A DNA stretch of 64,000 bases, from IMG/VR virus record IMGVR_UViG_3300027833_000011, one strand, 5' to 3'. Under the pieces are notes generated by a model. The model was given only the letters and a program-made list of their open reading frames with translations. It had not been told where the DNA came from and searched no databases. How positions within the stretch are numbered: position 1 is the stretch's first letter; each line of letters opens with the position of its first letter. This DNA is from a virus. Its lineage: Duplodnaviria > Caudoviricetes. Shown one piece after another: positions 27,640 through 38,108 of the stretch. Both the position numbers and the translations under genes were made by a program.

Positions 27640-28332
27640 ATGAAAAATATAAACGAAAACATTAACAGGTTAAGACAAATTATGTCTTACGATAGAAGTA
27701 GAGGATTATTAGTTAATGAATCTCAGTACTCAATTGAGGATAGTGTTGAACTAGACGAGCAAGAAGAAACAGTTAGTGGTGTTGAAGCAATTGCTAATAA
27801 AATATATCAAGCATCTAAAGGTCTTGGTACCGATGAAACTTCATTTATTTCTGCAGTTAAAGATATTAAATCTAAGGATGAATTTAATCAGGTTGATGAG
27901 TTATTAAAAGCAACAGACTTTGGCGATGAAACACAAGGTTTTGAATACTTCGTATCCGATGAGATGGGAGGTTCTTCAACAGAAGTAAGTGAAATTTTAG
28001 CACACCTTAAAACTATAGGTGTTGAACTTTCAGGTTATTCTGAAGAAAAGGAAGAAGTTGCTTCAGACCCGTTTGATATTGAAAAAATCAAATCAGGAGA
28101 ACAGTTCTTAAAGAAAGGTCAAGGTAATGAATCTTCAGAAACTGTTACAAGTGTTCAGGAACTTTTAATTACTAAAATGGATACTATTGGTGTTACTATA
28201 GATTTTGAACAATCAGATTTAGGTAATTACGGACCTAAAACCGCAGCCTTAGTAACGGCGTTTCAATCGATGAACAACTTAAAACCTGACGGTATTGTTG
28301 GAGCTAAAACCATAGCAGCTTTAATGGGTTAA
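27640..28332 (+). CDS. annexin-like repeat plus peptidoglycan-binding domain protein
   Basis: IYQASKGLGTDE; C-terminal YGPKT..VTAFQ..NNLKPDGIVGAKT (PG_binding_1). Confidence 0.75.
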   Translation: MKNINENINRLRQIMSYDRSRGLLVNESQYSIEDSVELDEQEETVSGVEAIANKIYQASKGLGTDETSFISAVKDIKSKDEFNQVDELLKATDFGDETQGFEYFVSDEMGGSSTEVSEILAHLKTIGVELSGYSEEKEEVASDPFDIEKIKSGEQFLKKGQGNESSETVTSVQELLITKMDTIGVTIDFEQSDLGNYGPKTAALVTAFQSMNNLKPDGIVGAKTIAALMG

Positions 28333-28353
28333 ACAAATTTAACAAACATACAT

Positions 28354-28381
28354 AAAAAAAGAGGACTTAGGTCCTCTTTTT
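28354..28381. terminator. bidirectional intrinsic terminator
   Basis: AAAAAAAGAGGAC-TTAG-GTCCTCTTTTT. Confidence 0.85.
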
Positions 28382-28386
28382 TATTT

Positions 28387-28995
28387 TTAAGTATTTTCTG
28401 TACTGAAGAAAAAGGTTTGAAATAACCTACCACTCTCATTGTCATGACCAAAGTAATCTAATGAAGCATGAAAGATGTCCCCTCTGTATAAAACTAACCG
28501 ATTATAAACATTACCAATTGTATCAACTAATTCCCATTTAGTGTAATCTTGATAATCATTTTCCATTAACGACAAAGGTTCTTCATTGAAAGATAGTCTT
28601 TTACCATTAACATCTCTAGGTACTCTATATACCCCTGTGTCTTTATGTCTAAACAATCCTGTTCCACCCGTGTGTGGTGCGTTTGGTGATAAGTAACATA
28701 CACCTGCCCACCCTGTGGTACTATCAGAGTGTATCCAAGTTCTATCTGCCGACGTAGTTATTTGAAATGCCCCCGTATACATATCTTCACCATCATTATC
28801 TCCCCAGTAAGTTATCTTACCGTCATGTGGTTCGATAATACTATTAATGTGATATTTTAAGTCGTCATTTAAGAATGACTTTGTCCTATTTCCTGGGTAA
28901 TTACCTCTAACACCAAACTCTTGGTTAAGAGCAAATTCTCTAACCCCGTCTGGTTCCTGATAAAAATTATCAATTATTATAACGTTAACTTCCAT
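28387..28995 (-). CDS. DUF6445-like putative 2OG-Fe(II) oxygenase
   Basis: IDNFY..P..VR, YPGNRT, IHSD, YLSP, YNRLVLY, RLFQTFF. Confidence 0.75.
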   Translation of the reverse strand: MEVNVIIIDNFYQEPDGVREFALNQEFGVRGNYPGNRTKSFLNDDLKYHINSIIEPHDGKITYWGDNDGEDMYTGAFQITTSADRTWIHSDSTTGWAGVCYLSPNAPHTGGTGLFRHKDTGVYRVPRDVNGKRLSFNEEPLSLMENDYQDYTKWELVDTIGNVYNRLVLYRGDIFHASLDYFGHDNESGRLFQTFFFSTENT

Positions 28996-29045
28996 TTATT
29001 CTTCTGTGTAAGTATTTATATTTATAGTATAAAGATATTAAATAA

Positions 29046-29225
29046 ATGAAAAACAATAAAGAGACGACAACAAACTTTTTAGATTTATTAATGTATAAGG
29101 TGTATACTAACGGTAATATAATCACTGATGAAGAAGATGAAAGAATGAGGAGAAGTTTTAAACTTCAAATTCATTGGAATAAGAACAGGAACGATTTACC
29201 TAAAAGAATTAAAGAAATGTTATGA
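29046..29225 (+). CDS. 59-aa hypothetical protein
   Basis: Translated by hand; ATGA overlap with the next gene. Confidence 0.55.
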   Translation: MKNNKETTTNFLDLLMYKVYTNGNIITDEEDERMRRSFKLQIHWNKNRNDLPKRIKEML

Positions 29226-30058
29226 GTAAATATAAATCTGAAAAATTAGAAGACTTAATCAAATCCACTAACGATGACACAATAAAGTCAGTGTTATTTA
29301 ATCTAAAATTAGTGCCTACATTCTCTTTAATGATTGAGGCGACGTATCAACCAATACAACAATTTTTAATTGGTGAGTACCCTACTTTAACTTCTGACGA
29401 TATTACTTCTATCGCATTGGCGGCCACATGTTCATTCATTTTTAAATCTTACGATAGAATAAAACAAGGTAGAGAACTTAAGGGATATTTAGAATCTAGA
29501 GATTTAGAGATTAAAGTTGAGGAAACAAAGACTCAACTAACAAAGTTACTTAAGATTGGTTCTAACATATTAAAAGATATGGGTTATAGTGTTGGTACTA
29601 TGTCGGGAATATTAGGTTTCGCATTTATTTTGCAACCACTTATGATGGGGATATCAGAACTTATGGGTCGTAACTCAGATTTTAACATTGACAATATGTT
29701 TAACTACGTAATATTAGGTGTTGCCTTTAAAGGGTCTTTATTTTTAGAGCAGTTTATAACTAAGTTCACTAAAGAGTTTGAAAAAGAACCTAAAATTGGT
29801 CCTAAGGTTAAATGGCCTAAAGAATTTAAATACGGAGAAAAAGAATACGGATTAATTAAACAATCTAAAGATAGGGCGACGTATGAAAATAAAAAAGGTA
29901 AAGGGGATAGACTTACGTTTGGTTCTGAAAAAGAAATGACCGACTATCTTGAAGATTATACGGCTCCTAAAGGTGGTACTCAATCCACACAGTTAGGTGA
30001 TACGTATTTGTCAGAAACTCAACTGAAAAGTTTAATGGATAGTATTATTCTAAAATAA
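29222..30058 (+). CDS. hypothetical protein with a C-terminal LSETQL motif
   Basis: 278-aa ORF. Confidence 0.7.
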   Translation: MSKYKSEKLEDLIKSTNDDTIKSVLFNLKLVPTFSLMIEATYQPIQQFLIGEYPTLTSDDITSIALAATCSFIFKSYDRIKQGRELKGYLESRDLEIKVEETKTQLTKLLKIGSNILKDMGYSVGTMSGILGFAFILQPLMMGISELMGRNSDFNIDNMFNYVILGVAFKGSLFLEQFITKFTKEFEKEPKIGPKVKWPKEFKYGEKEYGLIKQSKDRATYENKKGKGDRLTFGSEKEMTDYLEDYTAPKGGTQSTQLGDTYLSETQLKSLMDSIILK

Positions 30059-30392
30059 CAACATCAGGTAATCCTACTTCAGTCATTCTATGAACTAAAT
30101 AGTCTTTTAGAAAGTCGTCATCAAAATAATCATCCATCCAATTACCAAATGGTATCATCACATATCTTTGTCTGACAGTCTCTGACGAATAATCCCATTC
30201 GTCAGTAAAATCAATTAATAAGTCAGTATCGATACAATACGATTCAATTTCGTCTAATGGTATCGTATAATATCTGGAGTGCTCATCCGTAAATTTTATG
30301 TCATGATAGTCAATATCTAACATAAAATCTACATGAATATCATCTTCATGCTCAAACCAATCATTAATACTTCGGATTTTTGGTACTTTCAT
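30045..30392 (-). CDS. acidic hypothetical protein
   Basis: 115-aa ORF. Confidence 0.65.
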   Translation of the reverse strand: MKVPKIRSINDWFEHEDDIHVDFMLDIDYHDIKFTDEHSRYYTIPLDEIESYCIDTDLLIDFTDEWDYSSETVRQRYVMIPFGNWMDDYFDDDFLKDYLVHRMTEVGLPDVVILE

Positions 30393-30435
30393 TATATTTA
30401 ATGTAGAAGTTTATTTTTAAAAAGTATACCTAACT

Positions 30436-30702
30436 ATGAAATTAAAAGAAATATACCAATTCCAATACGACCAACTAATTGAAACATTGGAAGTTGAGTT
30501 TACCTTATATAACGATTCCGATAATTCATATCGGTTAATTAACCTTAACTTAATTGAGATAATACCACTGTTGAGTAACCCAACAATATTAGAGGAATTT
30601 GATGTTGATGAATTAATGGAAGACATCACTATAATTGAAGAGATAATTGAAAATTATTTAGATATTTATTCTGACGAAGTACCAAAAGAAGAATTTTTAT
30701 AG
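30436..30702 (+). CDS. acidic hypothetical protein
   Basis: 88-aa ORF. Confidence 0.65.
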   Translation: MKLKEIYQFQYDQLIETLEVEFTLYNDSDNSYRLINLNLIEIIPLLSNPTILEEFDVDELMEDITIIEEIIENYLDIYSDEVPKEEFL

Positions 30703-30713
30703 TATTTATTATT

Positions 30714-31142
30714 ATGAAGTTAATTAACATATTAAAAGAATCGATTCAATACAAAGTTCAATTTGAAAGTTCAGATAAGAAAATGGTGGAGGAGTTTGTC
30801 ACGTTTATTAAGAAAGAACTATCAATTAAAGAAGATATTGACGTTATCTTACAAAACGATAAGAACGGAATTAAAACCACCGCAGTTTACAATTATGGTG
30901 GTGGAGATAAATCGACAATCAAAGTATACTGTAGAGATAGACAGTTAATTGATGTTTTACGTTCTATTGCTCACGAGATGACACATCACATGCAGTTTGA
31001 GAATGGTAAGTTAGATGAGAAACCTGCAGATGTTGGTGGACCTATCGAAGATGAGGCAAACGCTAAAGCTGGTGAGTTAGTTAAAAAATTCGCTCAAATG
31101 GGTAACGATATATACCCTAAGTCTGAAGACGATACTCTTTAA
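30714..31142 (+). CDS. zincin-like metallopeptidase
   Basis: LRSIAHEMTHHMQ...IEDEANA. Confidence 0.8.
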   Translation: MKLINILKESIQYKVQFESSDKKMVEEFVTFIKKELSIKEDIDVILQNDKNGIKTTAVYNYGGGDKSTIKVYCRDRQLIDVLRSIAHEMTHHMQFENGKLDEKPADVGGPIEDEANAKAGELVKKFAQMGNDIYPKSEDDTL

Positions 31143-31666
31143 GGACCAATACGCTCTAAGTGCATTGTAAACTTTGTAAATGTTTTCTCAGGGGAACCAT
31201 CTTCCCATTGTCCTGAACTCGACAAAATTAAATAATCAATCCCATCTGCAACTATAGTGAAAACCCTTTTAGTATTGAAGTAATCTATTTCAATTCTTCT
31301 ATATTCTCCCGTCGCTAAATCTTGGTACGTATAGTAATTAAAATCATACTCCCATTCATCCCCTAAATTAGAAAGATAGTATCCTCCATACACTTTAGCA
31401 TATGTGAAGTGAATTCTTTCACCAATATCCAATACGTCTAATGGTTCTATTGGGTCTTTCATTGAAAAGGTACCCGCAACAATCATAGTATCGATGACTT
31501 GACCCGTTATTAAGTTTTGACCTGTTGCCGATATAAATTCCACTTTGTAAGTTCCACTCAGTGTTGGTGTGGCGGGTAAATCAAATTCAGCTTCACAACT
31601 AAACAATGATAATACTAATACACTACAAGCTAAAATTCGATAAATCGATGTCTTTAAATCCTTCAT
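31139..31666 (-). CDS. lipoprotein
   Basis: LSLFSC-EAEFD lipobox with an acidic patch. Confidence 0.65.
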   Translation of the reverse strand: MKDLKTSIYRILACSVLVLSLFSCEAEFDLPATPTLSGTYKVEFISATGQNLITGQVIDTMIVAGTFSMKDPIEPLDVLDIGERIHFTYAKVYGGYYLSNLGDEWEYDFNYYTYQDLATGEYRRIEIDYFNTKRVFTIVADGIDYLILSSSGQWEDGSPEKTFTKFTMHLERIGP

Positions 31667-31991
31667 TTCTTTTTAAGTTTATTCCTGTTGCACGTTCTCC
31701 TGGTTTGTTTGGGTCCATGTCGTTAATGACATATCTCCCTCCCCTTCCGATACCCATCAGTAACGTATTATATGGTATATCGTGTTTTGTTAATTCTTTT
31801 TGTGTCTGATACCTTAAGTATTCAGGTCTTGCCGTTGTTAATATAATATGTTCTCCATTATTATACCACTCTTTTAATTTCTCTATTACGTCTACAATTG
31901 GTGTAGGTTCTGATGTCGTATAAGTTTCGAACTTACGATAATGGAATATAGTTCCGTCTATATCACAAAAAATTGTTTTGTTTTTTACCAT
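31623..31991 (-). CDS. HAD-superfamily phosphatase-like protein
   Basis: FCDIDGT, LTTARP, INDM. Confidence 0.85.
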   Translation of the reverse strand: MVKNKTIFCDIDGTIFHYRKFETYTTSEPTPIVDVIEKLKEWYNNGEHIILTTARPEYLRYQTQKELTKHDIPYNTLLMGIGRGGRYVINDMDPNKPGERATGINLKRNEGFKDIDLSNFSL

Positions 31992-32206
31992 TAAATATCA
32001 TTTGTTACTTTATCCAAGTCCTGTTGTAGTTTTTGGATTTTCAGTTTATTGTCTTTATTAGACATTTTTAACTCAATAATCAAAGTTCTTAATCTTTTAA
32101 TGAAATAATCTTTATATTCCCCGTCATCAACCATACCTTGGTGTGGTATTTGATTCATTTCCTCTTCTGTCAGATTGTTTAGATAAAATTCTTTTATTTT
32201 ACTCAT
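31991..32206 (-). CDS. hypothetical protein
   Basis: 71-aa ORF. Confidence 0.6.
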   Translation of the reverse strand: MSKIKEFYLNNLTEEEMNQIPHQGMVDDGEYKDYFIKRLRTLIIELKMSNKDNKLKIQKLQQDLDKVTNDI

Positions 32207-32295
32207 ACTTAGTTAATTTTTGATAATACAAATATAACATTTATTTTTAAACTAACAAAGGTTAAATGATATTTATTATAGGTTAGACCACAAAC

Positions 32296-32754
32296 ATGAA
32301 GAAACTACTTATTATATTACTTATACTGACTTTATCAACTTGTACCCCAAGACATAAAGGGACTAATGTAGATAAAGAACTATACACTGTCTATACGGAA
32401 TTTTTAGAAGATTGTAGGAAACATGGTATCGATATGAACAAATACCCTAAGTTAAGTAATTTAAAACTAAAATCTATGACAGAAGAAACTGTTGGTATAT
32501 GTATAACAGACGAAAATTTAATATACAAGTATCGTAATGTATATTTAAATAATGAAATTACTGATGAGTTTCTACTTAAGTTTATTGCGTATCATGAAAT
32601 GGGTCACTGTATCTTTAACTTAGAACATGATTCATTATCGGAAGGACATACAATAATGACCCCAAATATTAATCTACTACTAAAAGATGAATACAAAAAA
32701 AATTGGGACACTATGAGGTTTAAGTATTTTCAAAAAATCCGTAACAATCAATAA
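32296..32754 (+). CDS. secreted or lipoprotein matrixin-like metallopeptidase
   Basis: Signal peptide with Cys; HEMGHCIFNLEH; Met-turn IMTP. Confidence 0.75.
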   Translation: MKKLLIILLILTLSTCTPRHKGTNVDKELYTVYTEFLEDCRKHGIDMNKYPKLSNLKLKSMTEETVGICITDENLIYKYRNVYLNNEITDEFLLKFIAYHEMGHCIFNLEHDSLSEGHTIMTPNINLLLKDEYKKNWDTMRFKYFQKIRNNQ

Positions 32755-32821
32755 TACATACTTATATTTACATTCTAAGGTATTATATTACCTTTTTTCT
32801 ATAATACAAATATTTATATAG

Positions 32822-33037
32822 ATGAAGGTATTAGTAACCAAAGAACAATATAGTAAATTGAACCTAACCCCACAATCGGATATTGGAGAGCAAGATGACG
32901 TTGAAGGTGGAGAAGGGACTACATCATACCCTAAATGGGAGACAGGAATACAAAGAGGTCCTGCCAATAATATTGATGTAACAAAATGGTCTGATATCGT
33001 ACAATTAACGAGAGGTAAAGCAAATCCAATACCGTAA
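32822..33037 (+). CDS. small hypothetical protein with cargo-like N-tag
   Basis: MKVLVTKEQYSKL; internal WExG.xRG motif repeated twice. Confidence 0.7.
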   Translation: MKVLVTKEQYSKLNLTPQSDIGEQDDVEGGEGTTSYPKWETGIQRGPANNIDVTKWSDIVQLTRGKANPIP

Positions 33038-33041
33038 TATT

Positions 33042-34343
33042 ATGATAGAAAAGACTAACAATCTATTTGAGGATAAAGAAATTAAAGAACTTAAAACTCT
33101 ATTAGAAGAGAATCAAAGACAACTTAACCTGCTAACCTTTGATTATAAAGAAAATGGTGGTGATAACACAAACAAAAATCAAATTAACGAACAAAAATGG
33201 TTAGACAATGTTCAGACAGTATTTGATTGGGCAGGTTTAGTACCGGTGTTTGGAGACGCAATTGATGTCATCAATGCGTTGATATCGTTTACAAGAGCAA
33301 GCGTTCAGGGTAAATTCATGCCACATGGACTTAATGGTCTTATTAGTGTAATCGCAATAATACCCGTTGTTGGTTCAGCAATAGCAATACCATTTAAAGC
33401 GATATTTAAGTTTATTCCTGTTGCTTCAGCAACAAAGATAATTAAAGAACTTTCTAAAGGTACTGGTGAAGGGGCGGCTACTTTACTTGAAAAGGCGGTT
33501 AAATCAAATCCAAAAGCGTCTGGAGTTTTTAATAAGTTTAAAGACTTGTTAGTTAAGAATTTAGATACGGTACTTAAAGGGACTAAAATAATTAAAAAGG
33601 TATTTGGTGGATTAGCAATTATTCCACTAACAAAATTAGATGACAAATTAGCAGCAGCAGGTATTGCGTTAATCACTAAACTAGAAAAGTTTTTTATAAA
33701 ACTATCTAAATCAGGAGGTAAGGCAACCGCTAAAACTGCTAGTAAATTAAGTTTATCTATCGCTGAAGTTCCCACAAGAATGTTAACGAAAAGAGGTCGT
33801 TTAGCGGCTAAAGGGTTTAAGTTTGGAACTTCAGGGGGAAAAAGAATGTTCTACGCATCTCAAGATATGTTTAGTAAATATTTACAGAAATCGGGAACAT
33901 CATTACTAAGTAAAGAATCTCAAAACGCAATCTTTAAACAATCGATAAAAAATATATCAGGACCCGCAATGAAGAGTGGAGAATCGGTGTCTCAATATAT
34001 GTTAAGAACTAAATTAGGTGATAAGTTAACGAGAGAATTTACTAACTTAACAATACTTAATAATCCTAAAATATTTAAAGACTACTTAAATTCTTCAGAC
34101 GCAAGTCAAAGATTTAAAAGTTTTATTAAAACAATCACAGACCCAACTGTAGTAAGAGACGCCACAGGTGCTTGGGGAGCCCTAAGAAAAGTCACATTAA
34201 AAGCCGGCTTAGGAATGGGAACTGAATATCAATCAGACGATTATTATTTTAACCAGGGTGAAAAGAATAGAATCCAAAAACAAAACAATATCGAAGATAA
34301 AAACAAAAAAGGTTCTCATTACGGACAAAAAAGAGAAGTGTAG
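33042..34343 (+). CDS. pre-toxin-TG-like domain protein
   Basis: LDNVQTVFDWAGLVPVFGDAIDVINA...AIIPVVG, followed by a K/G/A-rich helical region. Confidence 0.6.
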   Translation: MIEKTNNLFEDKEIKELKTLLEENQRQLNLLTFDYKENGGDNTNKNQINEQKWLDNVQTVFDWAGLVPVFGDAIDVINALISFTRASVQGKFMPHGLNGLISVIAIIPVVGSAIAIPFKAIFKFIPVASATKIIKELSKGTGEGAATLLEKAVKSNPKASGVFNKFKDLLVKNLDTVLKGTKIIKKVFGGLAIIPLTKLDDKLAAAGIALITKLEKFFIKLSKSGGKATAKTASKLSLSIAEVPTRMLTKRGRLAAKGFKFGTSGGKRMFYASQDMFSKYLQKSGTSLLSKESQNAIFKQSIKNISGPAMKSGESVSQYMLRTKLGDKLTREFTNLTILNNPKIFKDYLNSSDASQRFKSFIKTITDPTVVRDATGAWGALRKVTLKAGLGMGTEYQSDDYYFNQGEKNRIQKQNNIEDKNKKGSHYGQKREV

Positions 34344-34345
34344 TT

Positions 34346-36151
34346 ATGAAAGAATTAAACAGAATTAAAAATCTTATTAACAAAGTAGAAACTAAAAACT
34401 TTGTCATTACAGAACAAGACGACCCAGGTTTAGTTGGTGGTTTATGGGATTTAGCAACAGGAGCCGCGGGTGGTTTATATGATGGGGCTAAAGATGCCGT
34501 TAACAAGACAATACCTTATCTGGTTGATAAGACTAAAGGGGTTAAACTTTTACAACTAAGACCATTTTCAGGAAATATAGAAACCGTAATTAACTCATCA
34601 TCTAAATTATTCGTTAACCAACTTAAGAATAGGGTTGATAGTGATACTGAAATCTATAACTCTTTAGTTATATTACAAAATTTAGTGACAGGTGCGAATT
34701 CAAACTCCATAGTAGATAAAAATGGTTTAGACTTTAAAATTTGGGAAGTGTTAGAAGCGTTTACCATTGGTGTATATTTTGCATCAAGAGGTCAGGAATT
34801 TACCTATGATAAGTTTTGGGATATAGTAGAAAGTGACGATATTGATGATTATTCTGATAGGGTTATTAAGTATGTTGAAAGTTCAATAATGGACTTAACT
34901 ATTGGTGGTACGGCTACTAATATCAGTGAATGGTATCCTGACTTTTTTGAATCAGGACAAACAATGTCCGCGATTTGGAACACAGACAGATTAGATGGTG
35001 ATTGGGATACTTCTGAAATACCATTACTAATAAACTCAATCGACATGTCAAAATATGAAGGTAAAATACAAAGTGAGTTTGAAACTAAACTTTCAGGTGA
35101 TATCTCATGTTATACGACAGGTGGATTAAAATTCGCTAAGATTGGTGGTTCTGAAGTCGATAACGCAGCCATTAGGACAGAAAAGAATTGGATAACAATA
35201 TTCTACTATAATAAATCAGGAGTTTTAACCGCCAACATATATTACAAAAAAGTAAACTCACAACCAGTTGCGATAACAACAGACATTGATTGTGGAAGTC
35301 GTGGGACTGTTGTACGTAACGTACAGGGTCTTAATGAGACATTGAGTTATTCATTAAGTAAAAACCTTTTAAACGAACAAGAAGACGTTGAGGATGTGAT
35401 GATAGGTGATATCAGAGTAGGTGTGAATAGAAAGGCATATAACCATATGTTATCTCTTTATAGAAAGGCTAATAACATTGAATCGCCTTCTGACGATACC
35501 AAACCATCTCCTGAAGACACAACTACCGATAAAGAGGTTTCAAGTAAATCAGATTCAGGAGTAGAAACACCACCGGTAGTAGACCCTGAAAAAACTAATA
35601 TTGAAAAACTGATTGATATATTAGTAGAGAAAGGTGGTAACCCAAGAGAACATTATGAAAAAGACAGTACTCGAGCAAGTATCGGGTCTGTGGCATTAGG
35701 TTCGGAGGTATCCTCTGAAGAATACCTTAAAGATGAAGAAACTGTTTACGCACAGAAAGTCATCGAAAAATTAAATAATGGGTCATTCGTTATAAAGAAG
35801 TATGACGAGGATGAAAAAGATGAAAAGGAAGAAGAAAGAATCATTGACACAACTAGTAAGATTTCAAACCCAACACCACTAGAACTTAAAAAGATAGAAG
35901 AAATTGGAGACGACGCAGTCGCTAAAACAAATAATAAATTAAGTTTCGATAAAAATCGTATCAAAAATGTTAGAGTAACATCAAACGAATCTAAAGTTAT
36001 TTATATAGCAATTGAAGATATTACCGATATTTTAACACAAATAGAAGGTGAATTAGAACAAGTATTTGGAGGCGATTGGATGTTAGATAAATCCAGAAAT
36101 AGACTATTCTCATCAAATAAAATATACATATTTACAAAAAAAGAACAATAA
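34346..36151 (+). CDS. large hypothetical, probably virion-associated protein
   Basis: MKELNRIKNLI...ITEQ tag; 601 aa. Confidence 0.7.
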   Translation: MKELNRIKNLINKVETKNFVITEQDDPGLVGGLWDLATGAAGGLYDGAKDAVNKTIPYLVDKTKGVKLLQLRPFSGNIETVINSSSKLFVNQLKNRVDSDTEIYNSLVILQNLVTGANSNSIVDKNGLDFKIWEVLEAFTIGVYFASRGQEFTYDKFWDIVESDDIDDYSDRVIKYVESSIMDLTIGGTATNISEWYPDFFESGQTMSAIWNTDRLDGDWDTSEIPLLINSIDMSKYEGKIQSEFETKLSGDISCYTTGGLKFAKIGGSEVDNAAIRTEKNWITIFYYNKSGVLTANIYYKKVNSQPVAITTDIDCGSRGTVVRNVQGLNETLSYSLSKNLLNEQEDVEDVMIGDIRVGVNRKAYNHMLSLYRKANNIESPSDDTKPSPEDTTTDKEVSSKSDSGVETPPVVDPEKTNIEKLIDILVEKGGNPREHYEKDSTRASIGSVALGSEVSSEEYLKDEETVYAQKVIEKLNNGSFVIKKYDEDEKDEKEEERIIDTTSKISNPTPLELKKIEEIGDDAVAKTNNKLSFDKNRIKNVRVTSNESKVIYIAIEDITDILTQIEGELEQVFGGDWMLDKSRNRLFSSNKIYIFTKKEQ

Positions 36152-36152
36152 A

Positions 36153-36800
36153 ATGGAATTAAAAGAATCAATACATAATAGTTTAGTTAAACTTTATGAC
36201 AGTAAAACAAGTACCGTAGAAGAAAGGTATAAAAAAATGTTTGGTGATGTTGTAATCACAGAACAACACATAGAACCGTTAGGTTATTTTATGTTACGTG
36301 AATCGTTTAATAACGATAATAACCTTAATGAAGGTCTATTTGATTTCTTTGGTGGTTTATTTAAAAACTTTGGTGGTAACGTTGAGGAACAACTTAAAGA
36401 ATGGGTTATCGGTAAGGCAATGGACTGGTTTGTAAAACCATTCTTAGGAAAGATTGGTGGTGAAGATGGTGCTATGTATGAAAACATCAAGAAGTATGTT
36501 CAGGTAACTTTCGCAGACATGCCATTTACACAAATAGTTTCAACTATAACTAATTGTTCTAAAATGACTAAATTACTTATTTTAGGTATGTTTGAATTTA
36601 TGTTAGATAAGATGTTAACAAACTTATCATTTGATAGTGTTATTATGGATAACATAAGACAACAATTAGATAAGTCATTTATTGAGGATAGTTCGTTAAT
36701 CAACAAACTTACCGATATGGTAGACGATGTGGTATGTTCTAGAACATCAAACTTAAAGGATAAGTTATCAGATATGGATTTAGACTTTTCATTCGCATAG
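36153..36800 (+). CDS. hypothetical, probably virion-associated protein
   Basis: LKES, ITEQ, LRES and LNEG sites in the N-terminal third. Confidence 0.7.
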   Translation: MELKESIHNSLVKLYDSKTSTVEERYKKMFGDVVITEQHIEPLGYFMLRESFNNDNNLNEGLFDFFGGLFKNFGGNVEEQLKEWVIGKAMDWFVKPFLGKIGGEDGAMYENIKKYVQVTFADMPFTQIVSTITNCSKMTKLLILGMFEFMLDKMLTNLSFDSVIMDNIRQQLDKSFIEDSSLINKLTDMVDDVVCSRTSNLKDKLSDMDLDFSFA

Positions 36801-36823
36801 TAAGAAGTGAAAAATATTAATAT

Positions 36824-36855
36824 AAAAAAAGAGAACTAAATTAGTTCTCTTTTTT
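36824..36855. terminator. bidirectional intrinsic terminator
   Basis: AAAAAAAGAGAACTAA-A-TTAGTTCTCTTTTTT. Confidence 0.8.
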
Positions 36856-37644
36856 ATTTATCCAAAAGTCAATTACTTTATCTAAATCGTATGTTTCTGT
36901 TGATTGGTCGTAAGCACACATATGACATAAGTGTGGGTCTTTATCTTCAGGTCTTATTTCCCAAGAATGTCCACAGTTATCACAATGTACGTCTGGTGAT
37001 TCATTTCCAAAAAAGAAGTGTTCATTCACTCTCTTATCGGGTCTAAAACGATTAGGATTCGCCTTAACCGCTGACTGTGGAAACCTATTACCATTTCCGT
37101 GTCTTCTAGCCTTAGACAACGTCCTAGCGATTTCATCAACATCCGTCTTCATTCTACCTTTTTTGGTACCATAGTGTCTCATCCACATAGACAACACTTT
37201 AGACGATAATGACTTAACTTGTTTGTTTATATCGCCATTCTCATCACTACCAATAGTTACTGATATTATTTTATCCCTAATGTCATCAGCATTTGAAAGG
37301 ACTCTATCAAAAGCCTCCTTATGTTCTGAAAAATCTCCATCATCATCTAAATCATCACTAAGATGTGGGGCTTTAATATATGCGTATTTTTCTATAAACT
37401 CAGAACCTGACCATAATAAGTCAGAAGCTTGAAACATATTAACCACACCACTCTCTCTTACATCATCTAAGAACTCAAAAAAGTCCGACGAATAATTTTT
37501 TATGGTTTGTAAGTTTTTGTTATCATTCTTAATAACCTCATATTGTTTAATCAACGCCTTAACTTTATCACCTTCTAAAATAGAATCTTTAGTGATGACC
37601 CTTAATTGTTCTTCTGTTATCTTTATGTTTTTAATCTTACCCAT
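36841..37644 (-). CDS. multidomain hypothetical protein (DUF5049-like segment plus zinc ribbon)
   Basis: KITEEQL tag; FLDDVRESGVVNMF; CDNCG...CHMC. Confidence 0.6.
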   Translation of the reverse strand: MGKIKNIKITEEQLRVITKDSILEGDKVKALIKQYEVIKNDNKNLQTIKNYSSDFFEFLDDVRESGVVNMFQASDLLWSGSEFIEKYAYIKAPHLSDDLDDDGDFSEHKEAFDRVLSNADDIRDKIISVTIGSDENGDINKQVKSLSSKVLSMWMRHYGTKKGRMKTDVDEIARTLSKARRHGNGNRFPQSAVKANPNRFRPDKRVNEHFFFGNESPDVHCDNCGHSWEIRPEDKDPHLCHMCAYDQSTETYDLDKVIDFWINKKEN

Positions 37645-37655
37645 ACTAATAAATA

Positions 37656-38108
37656 CTACTTACATATAGAATCGGCCGCAGTTATAGCCCACAAGGATTG
37701 TGGTTTAACTCTCGGAGTAAACCCCATAGACTCAACATAACCAACTGCCGCCCTTAATACTTGACTTGACCGATACTTCGGGTCAGGGTTTAAATCTAAA
37801 TCGACATATTTAATTGGAATACCAAATTCGTGATTTAACTTACTCGCTAGTATGATACTTCGGTCCACTTCACCCCATAATTTACTAAAGTTATTTAATA
37901 TTTTAGGTACAGATTCTTTACAATATAAGACATGACCCCCTTTATTATTCTTATGTAAAACAACAACAGTTGCGTAAATTGTAAAATTTTTAGTATTTTG
38001 TGAATCACACCCAACGTATAAGTCGGTACCTGGATTTTCAAATAAATAGTTGGTTACGTACTCCCCAACGTTAATTTTTTTGTGGTCACTTAATTTTTTA
38101 AATATCAT
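37656..38108 (-). CDS. RNase H-like YkuK family protein
   Basis: YVGCDSQ, LWGEVDRS, VDLDLN. Confidence 0.88.
   Translation of the reverse strand: MIFKKLSDHKKINVGEYVTNYLFENPGTDLYVGCDSQNTKNFTIYATVVVLHKNNKGGHVLYCKESVPKILNNFSKLWGEVDRSIILASKLNHEFGIPIKYVDLDLNPDPKYRSSQVLRAAVGYVESMGFTPRVKPQSLWAITAADSICK

Noticed and set aside
34346-36151. Tape-measure protein
   Set aside because: It is too short and acidic for a jumbo-phage tape measure, lacks periodic W/F repeats, and has no tail-assembly chaperone context.
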